Origin: a virus
Taxonomy: Duplodnaviria; Caudoviricetes
DNA: 37,279 bases
Virus record (IMG/VR): IMGVR_UViG_3300037781_000210
Location: 1 to 37,279 of that record
Strand: one strand, 5' to 3'
Below are positions 1 to 9,200 of the stretch, one piece after another. Position numbers and translations under genes: made by a program. How positions within the stretch are numbered: the stretch's first letter is position 1; each line of letters opens with the position of its first letter. The notes beneath the pieces were generated by a model. It ran no database searches, was not told where the DNA came from, and saw only the letters and a list, made by a program, of their open reading frames with translations.

Positions 1-75
1 ATGCTGTCCGGCGCAGACCGGCCCGGCGTGATGCAATCCGGTGTCACGGTGGCGGACTATCTGGCGGGCTGGAAC

Positions 76-1269
76 ATGGGCAAACTCACAGCGATTGCGA
101 TCAGGAAAGCCGGGCCGGGCAGGCTCGGCGACGGCAACGGGCTGGAGCTGCACAAGGCCGAGGACGGCGGCAAATGGGTCTGGCGCTATTCCTTCGTCGG
201 CAAGCGGCGGCAGATGGGGCTGGGCACGTGGCCGGGCGTCAGCCTGTCCGAGGCCCGGTCAGAGCGCGACAGGTGGGCGCTGGTGCTGGCACGCGGGCGC
301 GATCCGATCACCGAACGCAGGGCCGCGATCGAGGCCGCGCGCGCCGAGATCGAGCGCGACGATCCCACGCTGGAAACGCTGGCCCGCGACGTGCTCGAGT
401 CGCGCAAGGCCACGCTGCGCAACGAGGGCCGCTCGGCGCGGTGGCTGTCCCCGCTGGAACGCCATGTGTTCCCCAAGATCGGCCGCAAGCCGATCAGCGA
501 AATCCGCCAGCACGACATCAAGGCCACGCTCTCGGGGATCTGGCGGACCAAGCACCCGACGGCCGAGAAGGCGATCCAGCGCCTGCGCATCGTCTTTCGC
601 CAGGGCAAGCTGATGGGATACGACTGCGATATGTTCACGGTGGACGCGGCGCAGCACATGCTTGGCGCTGTCATCCACACGCCGGAACCGATCAGCGCCA
701 CACCCTGGCAGGACATCCCGGCGCTGTTCGCGCGACTCGAGCATCGGGGCACGACGGCCTCTTGCCTGCGCTTCATGATGCTCACGCTGGTGCGGGCCTC
801 GGGGTGCCGGGGCGCGAGATTTGACGAGATCGAGGGGGATGTGTGGACCGTGCCAGCCGATCGCATGAAGGGTCAGGTGGGCAAGGTCCGGGATTTCCGC
901 GTCCCGCTGTCAGAGGCGGCGCTGGAAATCGTCGAGACGCGCAAGGCGCTCGGCGGCGAATACCTGTTCGCAGGACCGCGCGGGCGGCCGGTCAGCGATT
1001 CCGCCGTGTCGAATTACCTCAAGCACATGGGCGAGGACGGGCGTCCGCACGGGTTCCGCACCAGCTTTCGCACATGGGTGCAGGATACCGACGCATGCCC
1101 GTGGGACGTGTCAGAAACGATCCTGGCGCATGTGATCGGCGGACGGGTCGAACGCAGCTACGCCCGCTCCGACATGCTCGATCGACGCAGGCCCGTCATG
1201 CAGTCCTGGGCCGACCATGTCACCGGCACGGGCGCGCAGGTCATCACACTAAAAACCCCCAAGGCCTGA
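76..1269 (+). CDS. int: Tyrosine integrase, P4/CP4-like, with N-terminal arm-binding domain
   Basis: DGNGLEL...WVWRY...MGLGTWPGVSLSEAR arm-binding motifs; catalytic R, RMK, HGFR, LAH and Y (RSYARS); likely start MGKLT at 76 (track start 1). Confidence 0.93.
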   Translation: MGKLTAIAIRKAGPGRLGDGNGLELHKAEDGGKWVWRYSFVGKRRQMGLGTWPGVSLSEARSERDRWALVLARGRDPITERRAAIEAARAEIERDDPTLETLARDVLESRKATLRNEGRSARWLSPLERHVFPKIGRKPISEIRQHDIKATLSGIWRTKHPTAEKAIQRLRIVFRQGKLMGYDCDMFTVDAAQHMLGAVIHTPEPISATPWQDIPALFARLEHRGTTASCLRFMMLTLVRASGCRGARFDEIEGDVWTVPADRMKGQVGKVRDFRVPLSEAALEIVETRKALGGEYLFAGPRGRPVSDSAVSNYLKHMGEDGRPHGFRTSFRTWVQDTDACPWDVSETILAHVIGGRVERSYARSDMLDRRRPVMQSWADHVTGTGAQVITLKTPKA

Positions 1270-1330
1270 AAAATAAGGGGGACACGGACACTGTATAGCA
1301 AGCCTAACGCGCGATGCCCACAACCTGTAT

Positions 1331-1455
1331 ACTGGAATGGCCCATATTGGGGAGGCCGATTCGCGCACCACTAGTACTGGCATGCGAGAATAGCCTCCCC
1401 GTTCGTTTTGGGCGTGGACCCCATGTTGCCGAAAGGAGGTGATTCCAGTGGCAAC
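1331..1455 (+). promoter_or_regulatory. Structured leader with sequestered Shine-Dalgarno sequence
   Basis: Complementary pairs GGGGAGGC 1349-56 / GCCTCCCC 1393-1400, GTTGCC 1425-30 / GGCAAC 1450-55, ACTGGAAT 1331-38 / ATTCCAGT 1442-49; SD AAAGGAGGTGA 1432-42. Confidence 0.55.
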
Positions 1456-1549
1456 GAAGAAAGGCAGTTGTGGCTGCCCTACACCACCTAAAGGGCCAAA
1501 GACCGTAAAGGTCAAGCCCCACACGCGTCGCAAACCACGCGACTGCTGA
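1448..1549 (+). CDS. Unannotated 33-aa basic Cys/Pro-rich peptide MATKKGSCGCPTPPKGPKTVKVKPHTRRKPRDC
   Basis: Near-perfect SD 5 nt before a GTG; followed by a strong terminator. Confidence 0.65.
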   Translation: MATKKGSCGCPTPPKGPKTVKVKPHTRRKPRDC

Positions 1550-1572
1550 TCGCTCCATGAGTGAATAAATTT

Positions 1573-1602
1573 AAAGTGGGCGAGACAGTCTCGCCCACTT
1601 TT
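1573..1602. terminator. Intrinsic terminator, possibly bidirectional
   Basis: Perfect inverted repeat AAAGTGGGCGAGAC-A-GTCTCGCCCACTTT. Confidence 0.8.
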
Positions 1603-1625
1603 CCACGCAACTACTTGAGGCTGCA

Positions 1626-2099
1626 ATGGATCTCATTGAGTACGAGTACATTACAACGGGCGCACAAGTCGGAGCCGCCATGGCAGCGATCGTAGCTTTA
1701 TTTTTGCCAATGTTTCATCGCGCCGGAGAACGAAAAAGGAAACTCGAGCTTTTGCAGAGAGAACTCGCGCGGAACATGTCTCTGCTCGGTGAAATTGCAG
1801 CACTGCCCCCGGTCATACCTTCAGGCAACGAAAGCCAAACCGTTTTATCTGCAGACAGCACGATGCGCTACTTGCTCGAGGCGGTGACTTTGAGGAACTG
1901 GGATCGCTTCAAATACGAAATTGCCACAGCGCCCTACGTCTGCATGGAACGCCACTGCGATCACATCCATTCGGTGCTGATATATTGGAACACCCATTTC
2001 GACTATCACTATACCCGACATTCATGCGAGAGCACCGTTGAGGCTTACGATCACGATGCAAGAGTCTGCAAATTTCTCCCAACACGCAAAATGAACTGA
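1626..2099 (+). CDS. Moron: hypothetical protein with N-terminal transmembrane helix
   Basis: Low GC, opposite strand to lysis genes, hydrophobic segment AQVGAAMAAIVALFLPMF, GAGG SD. Confidence 0.7.
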   Translation: MDLIEYEYITTGAQVGAAMAAIVALFLPMFHRAGERKRKLELLQRELARNMSLLGEIAALPPVIPSGNESQTVLSADSTMRYLLEAVTLRNWDRFKYEIATAPYVCMERHCDHIHSVLIYWNTHFDYHYTRHSCESTVEAYDHDARVCKFLPTRKMN

Positions 2100-2152
2100 C
2101 GAAGCAGGCTCATTTACCAGTACTCGAGTCGAGCGTCCCTGCCTCCAGTCGA

Positions 2153-2422
2153 TCAGCGGGGCCGACCTTCGGCCCCCGCCTCGGCACGGGTCAGGATGGT
2201 GTCGATGGTCGTGATCCGGGCATTGGCCGTCGTGAGCGCGTCGATCAGCTCGCCGTTGAGCGCGGTGGACGCCCGCAGCGTCGTCACCCGCCTAGCGGGG
2301 ATTGGCACCGGCGTTCGCAGGTCCGCCGAGATAGTCGGCACAACGATCCGGGTCTCGACCATCGGCTCGGCGCAGGCAGTCAAGATACTCAGTGATCCGA
2401 GGATCAACAGGCGTGTCCGCAT
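2153..2422 (-). CDS. o-spanin (Rz1-like lipoprotein)
   Basis: Lipobox in MRTRLLILGSLSILTAC; overlaps the 3' part of the i-spanin gene. Confidence 0.7.
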   Translation of the reverse strand: MRTRLLILGSLSILTACAEPMVETRIVVPTISADLRTPVPIPARRVTTLRASTALNGELIDALTTANARITTIDTILTRAEAGAEGRPR

Positions 2423-2681
2423 TGGCAAAGTCTCCCGTCATGAGGGCCTCAAGCGCCCGTTGCTTTTCTGCGGCCCGCGCCGCTTCCCGCGCGCGATGTG
2501 CGGCCTCGACCTCGCGTGCCAGCCGGGCTTGCTCGGCCACCTCGCGCGCAACCCGCAGCTCGCTCGCGTAATGCGCCGCCTCGGCCTCCGCGTCCTGCCG
2601 ACCGGCGCGTTCCCACGCGCCCCATCCCGCGACAGCCAGCAAGGCAAGGAACAGCCCACCCAGAAGATACCGGGCGATCAT
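2292..2681 (-). CDS. i-spanin (Rz-like)
   Basis: N-terminal TM helix plus Ala/Glu/Arg coiled coil, directly after the endolysin. Confidence 0.75.
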   Translation of the reverse strand: MIARYLLGGLFLALLAVAGWGAWERAGRQDAEAEAAHYASELRVAREVAEQARLAREVEAAHRAREAARAAEKQRALEALMTGDFANADTPVDPRITEYLDCLRRADGRDPDRCADYLGGPANAGANPR

Positions 2682-3466
2682 GATGTCAGCCCCCGCCTAC
2701 ACATCCCGACCTCCTCGGCGCGACGATTGACCAGACCACGCACGACGCGGCCCCCTGCCTTGTTCCACCAGCCTATCGCGGTGCAGGCCCCGGCCACGTC
2801 ACCACCGTTGAGCCTGCGCGTTGCTGTAGAGCGGCCCGCCCCCGCGATGCCCACGTTGTAGGCCAGCGATGTAAATGCGGCCTCACGCGGCGCGTGTAGG
2901 CGCGTCAGTCGTGTTTCCGGTGTCAAGTAGCCCCGCCACCCGTTGCGGAATTCCAGCACGCGCTCAGCAAGCATGTCGCGGCATTGTTCGTCGGTGAACC
3001 GCATACCGCCCTTGATGCCCCGCGTCTCGCCGTGGCAGGCGGTCCAGACGGGCGGGTCTGCTATGGTATCGAGATAGGAACAGTGCAGCGCGGGCCGATC
3101 ATCGCAGCGGTGCGCGCCCTCCCATTTTCGGATCAGCGGCACGGCGACGGCCAGCACGTCCTGCACCGTGTAAGACGGTGAGAGCGGTTCGGTCTGCACA
3201 CGATCCGGCACCTGCGCCATCGCGAGAAACAGTGCAGCGACCATCACAGCAACAGGGCTGCGCGTCATGCCTTGGTCAATCAGGCGACCGAGAATGCCGA
3301 GGAGGATGAGCCCGAGACCCAAGATCCACCACAGGCGCGGGTTGGTGTCGATCTGCCAGAGCGCATAGATAGCCTCGGGCGCGATCAGCGCGGCGATCCC
3401 GAGATAGTTGGCCCACATGGAATAGGACCGAAGCGCGATCCGCTTTGCGTTCTTTACTGTTTTCAT
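2678..3466 (-). CDS. Endolysin (GH24 lysozyme) with N-terminal multi-TM, holin-like extension
   Basis: WEG...YLD...WTACHGET, SLAYNVG, WNKAGGRVVRGLVNRRAEE; three hydrophobic segments in the first ~85 aa. Confidence 0.9.
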   Translation of the reverse strand: MKTVKNAKRIALRSYSMWANYLGIAALIAPEAIYALWQIDTNPRLWWILGLGLILLGILGRLIDQGMTRSPVAVMVAALFLAMAQVPDRVQTEPLSPSYTVQDVLAVAVPLIRKWEGAHRCDDRPALHCSYLDTIADPPVWTACHGETRGIKGGMRFTDEQCRDMLAERVLEFRNGWRGYLTPETRLTRLHAPREAAFTSLAYNVGIAGAGRSTATRRLNGGDVAGACTAIGWWNKAGGRVVRGLVNRRAEEVGMCRRGLTS

Positions 3467-3795
3467 TTCGGTCTCCCGTCGTTCCGATTTGCGATGGCGT
3501 TCAGGAGCGCATCCAGCCGCAGATTCGTGGCGTTGTTCGCGGTGCGCTGCTCGTCTCGGATTTCATGCAAGTCTTTGCTCAGGCGGGCGGATAGTTCGGT
3601 CAGGTCTGTCTTGTGAACCGTGTCCTCGCGAAGGCGCGTGATGCGCCCGTGCAATTCCTTGTCCCCCTCCTTCGCTTGGTCGTCTGCTTTTCCAATCATC
3701 GCCATGATTTTCCAGAACACCCCTGCCAAGATGGACCCCCAGCCAAGCGATAGTGTGACGCCCAGACCAATGATCCACTGCCATTCCTGCTCCAT
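3463..3795 (-). CDS. Lysis-module membrane protein (1 TM plus coiled coil; holin/antiholin candidate)
   Basis: N-terminal TM; translationally coupled to the endolysin. Confidence 0.6.
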   Translation of the reverse strand: MEQEWQWIIGLGVTLSLGWGSILAGVFWKIMAMIGKADDQAKEGDKELHGRITRLREDTVHKTDLTELSARLSKDLHEIRDEQRTANNATNLRLDALLNAIANRNDGRPK

Positions 3796-3798
3796 TAC

Positions 3799-4080
3799 TT
3801 ACCCCTTGATCTGTCGCCAGTTGTTCGCCGCCACCGCCCCAGTCAGGACGGCCAGCGCCAGAATGCCGAGCGGATATCCGGCCCAGTGCATGAGGCCCGC
3901 AGCGACCCACGCGAGGCCGATCTTCGCCAGCCACCACGCCCCGCCCAAGCGGCCCATGATGAACGCCACCACCGGGTTGCGCTCATGCCCGCCCTGTTCG
4001 AGCAAGCGACGCGTCGTCAGCACATCGGCCAACTGCGCCGCCGCGAACAGCACCCAGACGATGATCTCGATCAAGGCCAT
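3799..4080 (-). CDS. Small 3-TM membrane protein (DUF5658-like)
   Basis: LADVLTT...GGHERNPVV...K motif and hydrophobic helices. Confidence 0.6.
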   Translation of the reverse strand: MALIEIIVWVLFAAAQLADVLTTRRLLEQGGHERNPVVAFIMGRLGGAWWLAKIGLAWVAAGLMHWAGYPLGILALAVLTGAVAANNWRQIKG

Positions 4081-4400
4081 GTGATCACCGGCAATTCCGC
4101 GATGAGATCGGCCTCGCCGGGCACGTCGCGCGCACCGCTCTGAACGTCATCAAGGATGGCGAACGCGGTCAGCCACACATCGTCCCGCCACGCCACGAAT
4201 GCCTGCGCCTCGGCCTGCCAGTCCGTCACTGTGCTTGTGGCATAGCCCGCGATATGCGCCGCGCTGTTATAGCCGCGCGCCTGCGCCGTGGCCTCGACAT
4301 GCTGATCAATGGCCCCGGTCAAGCGGGCCTGCATCGCCTCTGCCGCCGCTGCGGCCTTGGCCTCGGGCGTGATCGCTTTGGTGAAATCAATCTGCGGCAT
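4071..4400 (-). CDS. Tail-fibre-associated or assembly protein
   Basis: AQARGYNS...EAQAFVAWRDDVW...ELPVITWP pattern; position after the tail fibre. Confidence 0.65.
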   Translation of the reverse strand: MPQIDFTKAITPEAKAAAAAEAMQARLTGAIDQHVEATAQARGYNSAAHIAGYATSTVTDWQAEAQAFVAWRDDVWLTAFAILDDVQSGARDVPGEADLIAELPVITWP

Positions 4401-4713
4401 TTTCGGCCTCCTCGGCGCTAAAAGGGGGCAGGCTGACCGGTCCGTCGCCGGTCAGGGTGATCGGGGCCGGAAACCGCGTTTCCTCGGGCGCACCGGGGGC
4501 GAAGGGCAGCATCAACGTGACGTGCAGCACGCCGTCGATGCGCTCGACCGGCCCGACAAACCAATCGCTTCCGATGGCCTCGCGCGGCAACGTAGCCCCG
4601 TCGGGCAGGGGCGAGAAATCGAACGTCTCGCCGTTGACGGTGATGGTATCGCCGCTGCGGCTCAGGACCAGTGGCGCGGGCCTTTTCTTGGGCTTGAAAT
4701 TCAAAATCATCAT
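4387..4713 (-). CDS. Conserved tail-fibre-associated hypothetical protein
   Basis: GDTITVNGETFDFSPLPDGATLP...RFPAPI pattern; GAGGAG SD before 4713. Confidence 0.7.
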   Translation of the reverse strand: MMILNFKPKKRPAPLVLSRSGDTITVNGETFDFSPLPDGATLPREAIGSDWFVGPVERIDGVLHVTLMLPFAPGAPEETRFPAPITLTGDGPVSLPPFSAEEAENAAD

Positions 4714-4720
4714 CGTCTCC

Positions 4721-5857
4721 TCAGATATTGGCCTCGCCCAGGGCGAATGCGCGCATGTTGTTGATTTCATCACCCGAGACAAATGAGCGCGTCACGCCGT
4801 TGGGGCGGTAGATGTTCGCCAACATGGTGCTCGCGCTGGCGCCTATCCCGATCCAGCCCAAATCGCGCGTGGACAGGCCCACGTAATCCGCGCCTGTATT
4901 GCTGCCATGCAAGGACAAACTTGGGGCTGTGCCCGCCTTGAAATTAACAGGGTAATCCCACGTCGCGAGCATGATCGAGGACGTGCTGTAAACGGCTTGG
5001 ATATCGTCATGCCAGCAGAGCTGCGTGCCATCCGCCCAGATCGCGTAGCCGCCGGTGGCGGTCAGGCCGCTTTCGATGATCGCCCCGGTCGGCACGCCTG
5101 CGGATTGGCTGACGGTGCCGAGGATGCGGGCGGCGGTGTAGATCTCCGACCAGTCGCCCCAGACGCTACTGTCCTTGTTTTTCAGGTACAGCGCAGGCGC
5201 ACTGCCAGAAATGCGCGAAGCAATCATTGAACCGTTGTTCGCGTTGAAACCCGGAAGGTAGATGGATGACCAGTTGAATGTCCCCGGCGGACCGTTTGCC
5301 GCATCGGACGCGGGACGGTAAAAGCCCGCCCTGCCAATATTGTGCCAGTCGTCAGGCTCCGCGATGCCGGTATTTGCGCCAAGCGACCAAGCACCGTTCG
5401 CCAGCAGCCGCCCCGCCGTGGCGTCAGTGGGCGAGGTCTGCTCGATGGTCGCGCGGGCCAGCAACGCCCGCGCCGCCGTCGTGATATCCGCCAGTGCGAG
5501 CGTACCCACGCCGCTGAAATAAGGCAGCTTGTTCGCCGCACCGGCCAGCCCCGCGAGGCTGGTCAGGTTTCCCGATCCGAGATCCGTGACGATCTGGTTG
5601 AGCGCGGTCAGCGACCGTTCGCCTGCGTCGATCAGCCGGATCGAGTAATCGACCGCTGTCAGCCCCGCGCCGGGCCACGCACGGGCCAGCGTGATTTGCG
5701 TGGCGCTGTCCACCGATGCGATCTCGACGGTCAGGCCAGCAGCGCGGAAATCGTCGCCCGCGAGAATGCCCGCCGCGATCCAGCCGGTGCCGGAGCCGGT
5801 GACGATGGTGCTGCCTGCGCCGACCGAGATTGTGCCAGTGTCGTAGGTGGTGGTCAT
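4721..5857 (-). CDS. Tail fibre / receptor-binding protein
   Basis: YDTGTISV...VTGSGTGW N-terminus; ANKLPYFSG motif; ILGTVSQSAGVPTGAIIE...ADGTQLCW C-terminal fibre motifs. Confidence 0.85.
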   Translation of the reverse strand: MTTTYDTGTISVGAGSTIVTGSGTGWIAAGILAGDDFRAAGLTVEIASVDSATQITLARAWPGAGLTAVDYSIRLIDAGERSLTALNQIVTDLGSGNLTSLAGLAGAANKLPYFSGVGTLALADITTAARALLARATIEQTSPTDATAGRLLANGAWSLGANTGIAEPDDWHNIGRAGFYRPASDAANGPPGTFNWSSIYLPGFNANNGSMIASRISGSAPALYLKNKDSSVWGDWSEIYTAARILGTVSQSAGVPTGAIIESGLTATGGYAIWADGTQLCWHDDIQAVYSTSSIMLATWDYPVNFKAGTAPSLSLHGSNTGADYVGLSTRDLGWIGIGASASTMLANIYRPNGVTRSFVSGDEINNMRAFALGEANI

Positions 5858-6204
5858 GTCCGTGGCCTTTCGGGATATTTCGGGTTCAGGGGATCGGTGG
5901 TTTCAGGCAGGTCGCGCAGCGCCTGCCGGTATTCGGCCCAGGCGGCGCGGTCGCAGGGGGCGTCGGGCAGCTGCGACCAGTCCGAGGCGGCAAGCAGCTG
6001 GTCGCGCGTGTCGCGCAGGGCGCGCGTCGCGGCCTCGATATCGACACCGCGCGGCACCAGCGCGCCCTTTTCGACGCGATAGTCCAGCGGGTCGAGCACG
6101 TCCTCGACCACCGCCACGCGCAACCCGCGACGGCGGGGGAACTTGGCCCGGCCACTGCCCCAGCGGACGATCCGGCCCGTGGATGCGTCGTATTGCACCT
6201 TCAT
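5854..6204 (-). CDS. Tail fibre assembly chaperone-like protein
   Basis: RDQLLAASDWSQLPDAP...WAEYRQALRDLP motif. Confidence 0.8.
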   Translation of the reverse strand: MKVQYDASTGRIVRWGSGRAKFPRRRGLRVAVVEDVLDPLDYRVEKGALVPRGVDIEAATRALRDTRDQLLAASDWSQLPDAPCDRAAWAEYRQALRDLPETTDPLNPKYPERPRT

Positions 6205-9200
6205 CGCAGGAACCCCGTGACCGAATAGTTGGAGCTTTCCGCGCCCAACCCGCCCGCGTTCTGCACCTCGAATTTGATCTCGACCGAGGCAGCCGCCACG
6301 CCGTTATTGAGCGTCACCGGCAGAGTGATCCGGCGGGCGTTGGCGTTGAGCAGCCCGGCCTTGGTGATGTTCACGACGACCGTGCCCTGAATGAGCGCGC
6401 GGAACAGAACGTCATTGGGATAATCCGCTGGCGGGTCTGTCAGCAGAAACGACAGGATGCCCTGTGCCTTGAAATCCACCGGGGCCTCGAAGGTGGCAGT
6501 TGCGATGGTGGTGAAGGTCGCGCTTGCGTTCTTGATCTCGCCCGACCCCGCCACCGCAAGCCGCGTGATTCCGTTGGCGACGATGTTCTCGGCCAGGATC
6601 GTGTTGGCGAACAGGTTGTCACCGCTGACCTTGAAATCGCCAGTGACCTCAACCTCGCCGTCGAGGCGCAGATAATCCCCCGACCAGCGCCCTGTGACGC
6701 TTGGACCGGAAATGCCGTCAGCCACGCTAACGGCTTCCCAGACATTCTGACCGTTAAGCCGCATAACGTGACCGGCGACGATGCCGTCAGAGGTCGCCTG
6801 GGCAAAGGCTGTCGCCTCGGCCAATGCCTCGAACGACGCATACTCGGCGCTGATCGTCTGGCTGACCGCCGACACCGCCCCGGCGGCATCCACTTTCACG
6901 GCGGCAAGGTCCGTGATCGCGGCCGCATTGTCGCCTACTTCACCGCTCAGGGTCGTGACCGATGTCGCGAGGCTTTCCAGATCGTCGCCCTGCCCCGTCA
7001 CCTCGGTCTGGAGCAGTTTCAGCGCGTCGGCGGTCGCAAGCCCTGGAATGGCCGACTGCACAAGCGTGACGGCTTCCGACACGATCCTGATCTCCTCGTC
7101 GGTCAGGTCGATCCGCGCGTTCAGGTCCTGGCTGGCCTGTGCCAGTATCTCGCGCTCCTTGATCCGGCCAAGGATCGAGCGCGCCGCCTCCTCGGTGTTC
7201 TGTGCGCCTGACAGCTTGACACGCGAGCGCACCGCGCGGGTCGAGCCGGATTGCACCCGCTCGCCGCCCTCCAGCGTCTCGGCCCGCGTCTCCAGCGCAT
7301 CGACCGCTTCGCCTGTCAGAGTGAGGCCGGTCTGCACGTCATCCACATCGCTCTGCAAGGCGGTGGTGGCACTCGTCAGGCTGACGATGCCATCCTCGTT
7401 CGCCGTGACGCGGGCGTTGGTCTCGTCCAACGCATCCGCCGTGCCCGTGGCCTGCGCCGCCACGTCCGTCAACTCGCCGCTGAGCGCCGTGATGTCCTCC
7501 GCGAGTGCATCCCCCTGCGCGATGCGTGCCGCCGTTTCCGCCGCCACTTCCGCGCTCGACGCGCCGGGTGCGGGGCGACCGATAGCGATCCAGTCGATCT
7601 CAACCCCATCGGGCAGATCGAGGCGGATGCGATCCACGGTGCCCGTCCAGTCCAGATTGACCGTCAGCTGTGCCACGTCCTCCGCGAAATCGGGCTCCAC
7701 CACGTCCACACGGCGCGCGGCGTCGAATGCCTCGCCCTCTCCGGCCCACCAGAACTGCGACGCCCATGTCGTCGCGCCATCGCGACGTATGCGCGCCCGC
7801 ATCTGCCGGTAGGTCTGCGTCGGCACGGCCAGTCCCGAGGGCGAGATGACACCGCTGCCTGTCGCGGGGGCAAGGAAGCCGTCCGCCGTCACACTCGGGG
7901 CCGAGGACACCCCCGTCCAGCCTTCGACCGTGGCATCGAAATGCCAGATCGCAACATGATCGAACTGCGTCACCGTGCCCACGGCCAGCAGCGCGATCTG
8001 ATTTGCCAGCGCCTCGTCGCCGTCGATCCGCGACTGGTCGATGGTCTGCGTCAACGCCTCGATATCGGCGGTGGTCGTTTCCAGCACCTGCACCGATTGC
8101 GCGAGTTGGACCTGTTCGTCGGCCACGACAGTCAGCGCCGCAGACGCCTCGGCCCGCGCGCCCTCGACCTCTGCCACAAGCGTGGCGCGCACCTCGTCAC
8201 GGGCAAGAAAATCGCGCGCCGCGCTGTCGAGAGCAAGCTGCGCCGCCGACTTGATCCGGCTGCGCTCGCGCCGCACCGTGCCCGCGACGGTGAACACCTC
8301 CGAATTGATCCGCGCGATATGCGGCGTGCCGGGTATATCGCCGTCACCGATCGGCGAGATGACCTGCTCAATCCGGTCGAACAGATCTGTCACGGCCTGC
8401 GGCGCGCCCTCATCCCCCAGCACCGCGTCGTGCCGGTCGAAGGCGGTGTCGATCTTGGCCGCGAAGTCGGTCGACAGGTCCGCCGCCGTGAAGCCGCCCG
8501 CGCCGGTCGTGACCGACACCCAGTCCGACCACTCGCCCGGCGCATCGAACAGGTAGCGCGCCCGCACCTCGTAGGTGGTCGAGTGCAAAATCCCGTCATT
8601 AATCTCGATCTCGCCGTCCTCAGTGCGCGCAACGACGCGGGCGACACGATCCAGCCCCGGCACCACCCGGACCTGCACGATCAGCACCAGCGCATCGACC
8701 GGCTGATCGCCGGTCCACTCGACCAGCAGCGCGGCGCGGCGCGACACGCCCAGGCTGTCGCGGATCGACAGGTCGGAGACGATGATCGACGGCGTGACCG
8801 GCGCAGGCAGTGTGCGGCCCAAGCGGCCCACCGGCGCGGGCAGGTCCTGCTCGGATGTCCAGGCCACGTCGCCCGGCTCGCGCTCGCGCACCCTCACGCG
8901 CTGCGTCAGGTTTGCCGGGCGGTCCTCGACCTCGAGCACCTCGAAGACCCTGCCGCCATATCCGTTCTCGGCGCTTGTCCAGGTGATCGCATCGAGCGGC
9001 TCCAGCAGGGCAAAGCTCGGCGGCAGCGTCATGATGTGGTTGCGGAACCGGCGGCTGTCCTTGATGTACGCTTCGAGCAGGTGCTGCGCCTGGCTGTTGT
9101 TCGACACGGCAGGCAGGTTGATGGCGCGCGGCAGGCGGCGGTTGCCGTCCTCCGCCTCCCAATCGAGGTTGATTACCGCGTCCGCTTCCCGGCTTTCCCA

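Noticed and set aside
1-75. 25-aa N-terminal extension of the integrase
   Set aside because: Family resemblance begins at MGKLT (76); upstream context lies outside the window, so the extension is unsupported
1291-1331. CTGTATA twice, resembling a gammaproteobacterial LexA half-site
   Set aside because: No matching ACAG at N8 spacing, and the host appears alphaproteobacterial
1304-1558. Minus-strand ORFs in the track over the peptide cassette
   Set aside because: No SD or motifs; the plus-strand SD-ORF-terminator arrangement explains the region better
4071-6204. Diversity-generating retroelement or invertible tail-fibre switch
   Set aside because: No reverse transcriptase, invertase or template/variable repeat pair seen
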